From Gammaproteobacteria bacterium (GTDB lineage Bacteria; Pseudomonadota; Gammaproteobacteria; JAJPIJ01): 64,000 nucleotides of DNA. The stretch covers positions 136,793 to 200,792 of the forward strand of contig JAJVIQ010000019.1 in the NCBI GenBank assembly GCA_022071965.1, read 5' to 3'. The position numbers and the translations under genes are program-made. Positions 10,997 through 18,756 of this stretch are shown one piece after another (position 1 is the first letter of the stretch; every line of letters begins with the position of its first letter). The notes below the pieces were generated by a model. It worked only from the letters and a program-made list of their open reading frames with translations. It had not been told where the DNA came from and searched no databases.

Positions 10997-12042
10997 TCAT
11001 GCGTCGGTGTCCTCTGGCACCAGCATCCACACGCGCTTCAGCGGCAGTTCGGCCTGTATCTCCGCCGGCAGTCGCTCATAAGTCCGGTAAATCGCCTCGA
11101 CGAGATCGCGGCTCTCCCATAACCGCACCGTGAAATGGCCCTGCCGAGCCTCACTCAGCACTGACCCTTTGAAACCGCCCCAACACACGAGCAAGCCTTG
11201 CTCCGCCTTGAAGGTCTGCATCGAGCCCTGCAACGTCCGGTAAATCGTGACGTCAGCGGGACTGTTTTGCGACTTCACCTGCACGCAGAGTCGCGGGACG
11301 TCAAGGCCGAGGGGACCGCGTCCACCTAGGATGTCGACACCTCCATCCGCCCCGGGAGGCGACACTTTTGTTACCCAACCGTCGGCCTGTAGCACCGCAT
11401 CCACGAGGCTCGCTAACGCGTGACCCGCAAACCGTGTCTGGATATGTGCCACGATTTGGTCATGGGCGAGCTGCGCGAGATCGGGAACTTCCTCGGGTTC
11501 GAGTGTGGGTGGGGCCGCGCCCGCCTTTTTCGGCTTGCCGAGCGCTACCGAGGGGCCGGGATCCGGCTTGCCGGCCAGCACCGCTGCGACACGCCGCTCC
11601 GCGTCGTTGCGTGAGATGTTGCAGACCGTCATGAAGGCGCCGAACGAGTGCAGCAGGTCTTGCTCGAACGCGGTGCGCGGCACGTCCGGCCGCAACCATT
11701 CCACCGCTCGGGTATGGCGCAAATCGCTGCCGACCTTCTGGTATCGGTAAGGCCCTTTCACACGCCCGATGGCAATCTGTGATGTCAACTTGCGTGGTAG
11801 CACGACGAGGTCGCCCTCGTTCATCGCAATCACAAATGCCCCGTGATATTGCCGACAGCGCGCGGCTTGGCACCCGGCAGGCTGGCTTCGACGATCTTGA
11901 AGATGGCATCGTAATCCTTCGCCCCCTCCAGTGATGGGATGTGCCGGAAACCGATAATGGCGAGATTACCTTCTAGAGCGGCCTCCTCGTCCTCCCCCAG
12001 CCTGCCCGCTCGCGTCAGATAGACCTTTGGTACCTCACTCAT
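10997..12042 (-). pseudogene. mrr-like: Mrr-like (Type IV) restriction endonuclease, split by a frameshift
   Basis: The upstream 70-aa ORF (MSEVPKVYLTRAGRLGEDEEAALEGNLAIIGF...AKPRAVGNITGHL) matches the N-terminus of Mrr-cat family restriction enzymes. The downstream 278-aa ORF continues the same family (MNEGDLVVLP...) and carries the Mrr catalytic core GGVDILG...LCVQVKSQ. The two ORFs are joined by an ATGA start/stop overlap at 11830-11833. Confidence 0.65.
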
Positions 12043-12169
12043 TGCATTCCTCCGGAAGTTTCAAATAGCAAAGCATAAATAGGTACCAGTTGAAGGAACT
12101 CGGGTGGCGCTTGGAGAGCGGATCGTTTGCGAAGACCAAACCGTGCGCAAGGAGGCTACCCGATGAAAG

Positions 12170-12420
12170 TAAGTGTACTGGAGATGCCGTGGCCCGTCTG
12201 GCGGCAACTGCAGCGCGTGGTGAAGAAGTCGCGAGACGTCGACCATGTATGATGTGCGCCGAGGTTGCTGAGGCTGCACGTACTGGGCGGTAATGTGAGC
12301 GCGGCCGCGCAGGTGTGTGGCGCCTCACGCGGGGCACTGCGGCATTGCCCAACGCTCTACGAGAGCGGCGGTAAGCAGCCCTCGCACCGAAGTGGCGTGG
12401 GCTCAAAAATATTAGCTCAG
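12170..12420 (+). pseudogene. IS630/IS481-like transposase N-terminal HTH remnant
   Basis: Frame-broken peptide ELPWPVWRQLQRVVKKSRDV ... RLLRLHVLGGNVSAAAQVCGASRGALRHCPTLYESGG resembles the N-terminal HTH of IS630/IS481-family transposases. No DDE domain follows. Confidence 0.35.
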
Positions 12421-12425
12421 AGATC

Positions 12426-13112
12426 ATGCGCTACGCCATAGCCACAGGCCGTCGCAAGGACGACCCGGCCGCGGCTTTGAAAGGAGCATTCAAGACCCGA
12501 ACAGCTGAGAATCACCCCCACCTCGAACGCGCCGACCTGGGGCCATTCCTGCGCAAACTCCATGACTACGCTGGTCGGCACGAAACACGGATCGCCGTAC
12601 AACTGCTGATGCTGACTGCCGTTCGGACTGGCGAGCTGCGGGCCGCCAAGTGGACCGAGATAGATTTCAGCGCCAAAGAATGGAGCATCCCGGCGGATCG
12701 GATGAAGATGCGGTCACCGCACGTCGTTCCGCTCTCCCGGCAGGCCATTCGATTGCTGGAAGAACTGAAGACCTACACCGGCTACAGCGAGTACCTGTTC
12801 CCCAACCATGGCAAGCACCCGCACATGAGCGAGAACACGGTCAACAAGGCACTGCACGGCCTCGGTTACAAGGGCGAGCTCGTGGGCCACGGCTTTCGCG
12901 CCACATTCAGCACAATCGCCAATGAATCCGGGAAGTTCAATCCGGATGCCATCGAGCGGTCGCTGGCGCATAAGGACAAGAACCCTGTTCGGGACATATA
13001 CAACCGCGCCAAGTACCTGCCGGAGCGACGGAAGCTGATGCAGTGGTGGGCAGACGATCTCGATGCTGCCCAGAATGGAGCGAAGATTGTGCGCCTCACA
13101 CGACGTGATTAG
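12426..13112 (+). pseudogene. int: P4-type integrase fragment (catalytic domain only, N-terminal half missing)
   Basis: Begins MRYAIATGRRKDDPAAALKGAFKTR..., corresponding to the middle of P4-type integrases. It includes HVVPLSRQAIRLL, HGFRATFST and a C-terminal RD-containing tail. There is no arm-binding domain. Confidence 0.75.
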
Positions 13113-13208
13113 CCGCACAAACGCGGTTTCGGCCTCTTTGACTATTGCCAGACGAGATCCTAAACTTCTACCCGACTACTACCCCGATGGTTTCGACTGT
13201 CGGGCGCG

Positions 13209-13235
13209 GGGCCCCTTCGGGGGCCCTAGCTTTTT
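13209..13235 (+). terminator. Rho-independent terminator (7-bp GC stem, UUCG tetraloop, T5)
   Basis: GGGCCCC-TTCG-GGGGCCC followed by TAGCTTTTT, located between the integrase fragment and the NYN gene. Confidence 0.55.
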
Positions 13236-13250
13236 CTGAGGGCATGGACG

Positions 13251-13889
13251 ATGAATAAGGCGCCCCTCCGCACCTACGTCTATATCGACGGGTTCAATTT
13301 TTACTACGGGCAAGTCAAAGGCACCCCCTGGAAGTGGCTCGATCCCGTCGCCCTGTTTCGGAAAGTCCTCCGCCCTCAAAACGACATTCGCAAGATCAAG
13401 TATTTCACCGCACGAGTCGAACCCACACCCTACGACCCTGACGCGAACGTTCGACAGGACACATACCTCAGGGCACTGACGGCTCACTGCCCAAACGTAG
13501 AGCTACATTTTGGTCACTTTCTCCGTCATCAGATTTTCATGGAGAACGCCAATCCACCGCCTGGCAAGGTCTGCGTTTGGAAGAACGAAGAGAAGGGCTC
13601 CGACGTAAACCTCGCGCTGCACCTGCTGAATGATGCCTGGAGGGATGAGTACGACTGCGCCGTCGTCGTCTCGAATGACTCCGATCTTGCTGAGGCACTT
13701 AGAATGGTTCGCGAACAGAACGGCAAAGTCATCGGTGTGGTTACTCCAGGCGCACCGAAACGGAGAACATCATGCCAACTCGCCAAGTATGCTCACTTCA
13801 TCAGCCCGATAAGAAAGTGGGCTCTGCAGGCCAGTCAGCTACCTTCCCCGATTCCTGGAACGACGATCAGGAAGCCGGATACCTGGTAG
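13251..13889 (+). CDS. NYN-domain (PIN-like) ribonuclease family protein
   Basis: 212 aa. Motifs YIDGFNFYYG, GSDVNLALHL and VVSNDSDL are typical of the NYN/LabA-like nuclease fold. A GAGGG RBS precedes the ATG. Confidence 0.75.
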   Translation: MNKAPLRTYVYIDGFNFYYGQVKGTPWKWLDPVALFRKVLRPQNDIRKIKYFTARVEPTPYDPDANVRQDTYLRALTAHCPNVELHFGHFLRHQIFMENANPPPGKVCVWKNEEKGSDVNLALHLLNDAWRDEYDCAVVVSNDSDLAEALRMVREQNGKVIGVVTPGAPKRRTSCQLAKYAHFISPIRKWALQASQLPSPIPGTTIRKPDTW

Positions 13890-13948
13890 CTTCACAGTTG
13901 CCTCGGTGCAGAGCCTGGGGGTGCGGCCTTGCTGCTCGTGCGCATGCG

Positions 13949-14037
13949 GATTCCGGTCGATGCCGGGCAGTGATTCCGGTCCATGCCGGCACGGATTCCG
14001 GCTGATGCCGGCAGCGATTCCGGCGCATGCCGGCAGG
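13949..14037. repeat. four tandem 22-bp direct repeats (GATTCCGGYNNATGCCGGSASN), consistent with IS21-family multiple terminal repeats
   Basis: Repeats at 13949-13970, 13972-13993, 13994-14015 and 14016-14037, lying 60 bp upstream of the istA fragment. No spacers, so not CRISPR. Confidence 0.7.
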
Positions 14038-14099
14038 TTCGGTGGGACGGGTAACCAACGCTACCGTAGCGCCTTTTCCAACGTGGAGAGGGGGCGACG

Positions 14100-14669
14100 G
14101 TGGCGCAAACGAGGTTACCCATGCGAAAGATCCGCGAGGTATTGCGACTCAGGTATGAGCACGGCCTGAAGGACGGCCAGATCGCCGCGGCCATTGGCTC
14201 GGCGCGCTCCACGGTGCAAGAGTGCGTGCGCCGGGCACAGCAGGCAGGGTTGAGCTGGCCGCTGCCCGAGGGGTTGGACGAGCTGGCGCTGCAGTCGCTG
14301 TTGTATCGGCGCGAGGTGCCGCTGTCGCGCACGCCGGCACCGGATTTCGCCAGGCTGCATGCCGAGCTCAAACGTCCCGGGGTGACACGGCTGCTGCTGC
14401 GGCAGGAGTACAAGGCCGAGCGCCCCGATGGCTGGCAGTACAGCGTGTTCTGCGATCAGTACCGTCGCTGGCTGGCGCGTCAGGATGTGGTGCTGCGCCA
14501 GCAGCACGTGCCCGGCGAGAAGCTGTTCGTGGACTACGCCGGGCAGACGGTGGCGGTCATCGATCGGCACACCGGTGAGAGCCGCCCCGCGCAGATCTTC
14601 GTGGCCGTGCTCGGCGCCTCCAGCCACACCTATGCCACTTGTTCTTCGTGGACGGCGGGGCGGCAATGA
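14100..14669 (+). mobile_element. istA: IS21-family transposase IstA, N-terminal fragment (truncated)
   Basis: MRKIREVLRLRYEHGLKDGQIAAAIGSARSTVQECVRRAQQAGLSWPLPEGLDE... matches the IstA N-terminus. The ORF is interrupted after about 180 aa, where an IS5-family fragment begins on the opposite strand. Confidence 0.75.
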
Positions 14670-15105
14670 TGGTGGCATCGACGATCGTGCCGGTGCCGAT
14701 CTTGACCCCCTGCGCCTCCAGGTGACGATGCACCTGCTGGAACAGCTTCACGCCCAGGTTGTGCTCCTCCAGCAGATGGCGGAAGCGCAGCACCGTGGAT
14801 TCATCCGGCGCCGGCGCATCGGCCAGATCCACCCCGGCGAAGCGGCGCATCGAGGCCGAATCGTACAGCGCCTCTTCCACGCCCGGATCCGAGAGATTGA
14901 ACCATTGCTGCAGGAAGTACACCCGCAGCATCATCTCCAGTTCCTTGGGCGGGCGACCGTCGCCGGCCTTCGGGTATTTCGGCGCAATCAGCCTGCACAG
15001 CTCGGCCCATGGCACGATGCGCTCCATCTCGGCCAGAAACTTCGCCCGCTTCGTCGTCCTGGAGAACTTCTCAAAGCCCGTGCCCAGGGTCAGCTGTTTG
15101 CTCAA
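14557..15105 (-). mobile_element. IS5-family (IS1182/IS5-like) transposase N-terminal fragment
   Basis: MSKQLTLGTGFEKFSRTTKRAKFLAEMERIVPWAELCRLIAPKYPKAGDGRPPKELEMMLRVYFLQQWFNLSD is the hallmark IS5-family N-terminus. The DDE domain is missing. An imperfect inverted repeat at about 15140-15180 may be the IS end. Confidence 0.65.
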
Positions 15106-15251
15106 TGCCGTCTCCGATGTGTTTCGGTGTGCCTACCGATCAGATCGTGGACTTTTGCAGAGGTTCCTTAGACTGCTTCTAGGCAGAACCTCTTCTGGCC
15201 GCATCGATCAGCGGTAAGCAATTCCCGCAAGAAAGAGCGACAGATCGTGCC

Positions 15252-16028
15252 TTACCCTGCTTGCCTCAGGTTCGCGCCGAGGACATCGCTGACCAGTTCG
15301 CCCCCGCCTTCGCGAATGGCATCGTGCAAGATCACTCTTACTTCGCGTAGAAACTCCTCGGAGTGCGCGTCAAGAGCCGGTCCAGGCACAGGCGCGGAAT
15401 TCTCGTAAATCATGCGAATGACGCTAGCGCGGTCATAGGTGGACCCGCGTCCGCGATAGTCAAACGCTCTCATCCAGTCCCTGCGCGGGACGCGCAACAG
15501 CTTCTGTTCCACATAGCCGTGCAACCGAGCGAAAACAGCGCGCTGGACCTGGGACAGCGCGGCGTCGGCTTCCGGCTCGCTCGGCGCACGCGGCTGCCAG
15601 CGGATCGGCTTGTCGAGAAACTTAGTAATCGATTCCGACAGGCGCGCCACGAGATCCGCGACGGGCTTAAGATCCTTGTACTCGCCCTCATTGATGTCGA
15701 GCACCACGCGGCGGTTCATCGCCTTGACTTCTGCCCAATGCGCCTTGCGGACAGTGGACGATCCCGTAAACAGGATGGCGTTCCAGCGCGCATGAAACTC
15801 GGCAGCAGCCGCTTGGATGGCGAGAACGAGTCCAGCCGTATCGTAAACGGGACAGACTTCCGCAACGTCCGCCGGCATGATGGCGGCTTCGCAGAAATCC
15901 ATCAGCTTGAGCAACTCGCTTACGGGTCCGCGCTGCTTCTCTGTCAGGGGGCGGTTGAGGAAACCGAGCATGAAGCAGCGTTCATCAAGCCCGCGTTCAA
16001 TCGCCCGGCGGTGGTGCTCCGAGATCAT
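15252..16028 (-). CDS. hypothetical protein, 258 aa, unknown function
   Basis: The ORF has a balanced, coding-like composition (MISEHHRRAIERGLDERCFMLGFLNRPLTEKQRGPVSELLKLMDFCEAAIMP...). The opposite-strand ORF is Arg-rich junk. I recognise no family. Confidence 0.45.
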   Translation of the reverse strand: MISEHHRRAIERGLDERCFMLGFLNRPLTEKQRGPVSELLKLMDFCEAAIMPADVAEVCPVYDTAGLVLAIQAAAAEFHARWNAILFTGSSTVRKAHWAEVKAMNRRVVLDINEGEYKDLKPVADLVARLSESITKFLDKPIRWQPRAPSEPEADAALSQVQRAVFARLHGYVEQKLLRVPRRDWMRAFDYRGRGSTYDRASVIRMIYENSAPVPGPALDAHSEEFLREVRVILHDAIREGGGELVSDVLGANLRQAG

Positions 16029-16200
16029 GCGCTACGCCATTGCCACCGGCCGGCGTCGCGACGACCCTGCAGCCGCTCTCAAGGGAGCGTTCCGGACACG
16101 CGCGGCCACACACCTCCCCGCCCTGTCACGCACCGAACTCGGTCCCTTCCTGCGGGCGCTGGTCGAATACCCCGGCCGTACCGTGCGGGTGGTAAAGACG
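16027..16200 (+). pseudogene. int: third P4-type integrase remnant (short internal fragment)
   Basis: MRYAIATGRRRDDPAAALKGAFRTRAATHLPALSRTELGPFLRALVEY... begins at the same residue as the fragment at 12426. Homology is lost after about 55 aa. Confidence 0.55.
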
Positions 16201-16311
16201 ATATCCAAGGACCTCGGATCGTCTCATTACGAGCCATATTGGCCGTTGACCCGATCATTCGACGCATGGATACGCGGGAGGACGCCCGAATCGATGGCTC
16301 TGGAAGTTCGT

Positions 16312-18756
16312 TCAAAACGTGGCGCACAAGGTCCGCCACATCACCTCGGCAGGCAGCGGTTCGCTGAACAGATAGCCCTGTGCTATATCGCAGTGGTTGG
16401 CACGCAGGAAATCGCGCTGCAGTTCGTTTTCGACGCCTTCGGCCACCACCTCCAATCGTAGCTGCCGCGCCATTGCCAGGATGGTCTGGACGATGACCAC
16501 GCTGTTGCCGTCCTCGGGCACGTCCTTGATAAAGGAACGATCGATCTTCAGCCTATCTAACGGCAGATGCCTCAGCATGCTTAGAGAGGAATATCCGGTC
16601 CCGAAGTCGTCGATGGCGATCGAAATCCCTAGCTTGCGTAACTCGCGTAGATGACTGGAATCCTGGCCCAATGCTTGCAGCGTACTTTCGGTGATCTCCA
16701 GTTCAAGCAGGTACGGTGGAAGTCCGCTGTCCTGAAGGGCCTCGATGACAATCCGATCGAAGCTACGATTGATGAGCTGTCGTGCCGACACATTGACTGC
16801 CAGTCGCGTCGGAGGCAGGCCATCTCGATGCCACTGCGCTACATCGCGACAGGCCTGGTCGAGCACAAAACGTCCGATCGGATCGATGAGCCCGTTCTCC
16901 TCTGCGATGGGAATGAACCTCACGGGCGGGATGAACCCACCTTGCGGCTGCGGCCAGCGCACCAGAGCCTCGACCGCGGCTACGCGCGCTGTGGCGAACT
17001 CCACCTGCGGCTGATAGTAAACGCGGAACTCCTTCTGTCTTAGCCCTCTGCGGATCCCCTGTTCAAGGGTCACGCGCTCCTTGGCTCGATGTGACATCTC
17101 CGGGGTGTAGAAACAGTATTGATTTCGCCCGATCGATTTTGCCGTATACATCGCGGTATCCGCCGCGCTTAACAGGCCTGCAATCGTCTCGCCGTCATTC
17201 GGATAAACCGACAGGCCCATGCTGGCAGTGATTGTCACTGTTTCGTTGCCCACGTCCATAATCTCCGAGATCGCCTCCTGCAGCTTGCGAGCGATCTTGG
17301 CAACATCCTCGGCGTGCGAAATGGAGTCGAGCAGGATCACGAACTCGTCGCCACCGAGTCTCGCTGCCGTATCGCCGCGCCGCAGGGCCGACTTGACCCT
17401 AACCGTTACCGTCTTAAGGACGGCGTCCCCAGCGGCGTGCCCGAGCGTATCGTTGATGAACTTGAACTCATCCAGATCCAGATAGATGAGACCGAATATC
17501 CCCTTCGCACGAGCCGCGCGCTGAATCGTCTGCTCAAGCCTATCGCTCAACAGCAAGCGGTTCGGCAGACCGGTCAGGGCATCGTGATGAACGAGGAAGT
17601 TGAGTTGCTCCTCTGTCTGGCGGATGGCGCTGATATCGGAGAACGCGATTATGTAGCGCAATACCGCCCCCTGCTTGTCGCGAACAACGGCGGTGCTGCA
17701 CCAGATCGGAAACACGCGATCCCCCTTGTGTCGGCAGAGCATTTCGCCAGACCAGCTGCTCTTCGTGTCGGTGATGACCAGCGGCGACACCCGATCGTCC
17801 GGTGAACGCGTGTGCAGAAGGTCGTGCATTCTTTGTCCGACCACCTCGGTCGCGGTGTATCCCGTGATCCGACTGAAGGCGGGATTGATGGAGAGAATCT
17901 GCTGTGCGGCATCCAGCACGAGAACGCCCTCCGCGATGCCATCATATATGGCTGCCGCCTGTCGCAACTGCTCCTGCGCACTCATGAGCGCGGTAATGTC
18001 ACGAATGACGCCGATCAGCCGCAGAGCGTTCCCGCGATGCTCGAAGCGTACGGACGCCTGAACCTCCAGGTAATGGAGTTCTCTGCCATGCATTCTCCGG
18101 TATACGCGACGCACCGCATGGCCCGCAGCCTTCGCGGCCTCCAATAACTTTCCAACCGGCTCACGATCCTCCGGGTGTAGATCCGCGATGAAGCACTCGC
18201 CGGCAACAGCCTGGACGTACAAAAATCCTCTCTCGGGGATACCGCCTCCGTCATGCACCAAATTGCCGGTTGCAGGATCCCATTCCCACACGCTCATCTC
18301 GGCCGCCGACAGAGCCAGCCGCAGACGCTCTTCGCTCCGCGCACGCGCCGATTCAGCTGCATGTCGCGCCAGGGCCATTTGCAACGTGCCGTGCAATTCA
18401 CGCACCGTACAAGGCTTCACGAGATAGCCGAAAGGGGAGGTGGTCTTGGCCCGCTCAATCGTCTCATTTTCGGCGTAGGCAGTGAGGAAGATTACCGGAG
18501 TGCGGAAGTTCTTCTGGATGTAGTCGGCAGTGTCGATGCCGTCGAGCATGCCCTCCAGATGGATGTCCATGAGTACCAGGTCCGGGTTCCCATTTTCGAT
18601 CTGATGGATCGCCTGCTCGCCGGTAGCCGCCATTCCACTCACAAAATAGCCCAGAGTCTCGAGTTGCTGCTTCAGGTCCAGCGCGACGATACGCTCGTCC
18701 TCCACCAGCAATATGTTCGTCCGCGCATTCATCGATTTTCTCCGCTGATGGGACAC
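16312..18756 (-). CDS. response regulator with REC, PAS, GGDEF and EAL domains (c-di-GMP turnover)
   Basis: 814 aa. The N-terminal REC domain is LLVEDERIVALD...LMDIHLEG. The GGDEF motif RLGGDEFVILL is intact. EAL motifs EALVRW and DDFGTGYSS are present. Confidence 0.85.
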   Translation of the reverse strand: MSHQRRKSMNARTNILLVEDERIVALDLKQQLETLGYFVSGMAATGEQAIHQIENGNPDLVLMDIHLEGMLDGIDTADYIQKNFRTPVIFLTAYAENETIERAKTTSPFGYLVKPCTVRELHGTLQMALARHAAESARARSEERLRLALSAAEMSVWEWDPATGNLVHDGGGIPERGFLYVQAVAGECFIADLHPEDREPVGKLLEAAKAAGHAVRRVYRRMHGRELHYLEVQASVRFEHRGNALRLIGVIRDITALMSAQEQLRQAAAIYDGIAEGVLVLDAAQQILSINPAFSRITGYTATEVVGQRMHDLLHTRSPDDRVSPLVITDTKSSWSGEMLCRHKGDRVFPIWCSTAVVRDKQGAVLRYIIAFSDISAIRQTEEQLNFLVHHDALTGLPNRLLLSDRLEQTIQRAARAKGIFGLIYLDLDEFKFINDTLGHAAGDAVLKTVTVRVKSALRRGDTAARLGGDEFVILLDSISHAEDVAKIARKLQEAISEIMDVGNETVTITASMGLSVYPNDGETIAGLLSAADTAMYTAKSIGRNQYCFYTPEMSHRAKERVTLEQGIRRGLRQKEFRVYYQPQVEFATARVAAVEALVRWPQPQGGFIPPVRFIPIAEENGLIDPIGRFVLDQACRDVAQWHRDGLPPTRLAVNVSARQLINRSFDRIVIEALQDSGLPPYLLELEITESTLQALGQDSSHLRELRKLGISIAIDDFGTGYSSLSMLRHLPLDRLKIDRSFIKDVPEDGNSVVIVQTILAMARQLRLEVVAEGVENELQRDFLRANHCDIAQGYLFSEPLPAEVMWRTLCATF

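Noticed and set aside
13949-14037. Possible CRISPR array
   Set aside because: The four 22-bp repeats are strictly tandem with no spacers and sit at an IS21 end. No cas genes are present in the window.
14428-16367. 247-aa and 334-aa plus-strand ORFs
   Set aside because: Arg-rich junk frames overlapping the IS5-family fragment and the better-supported 258-aa minus-strand ORF.
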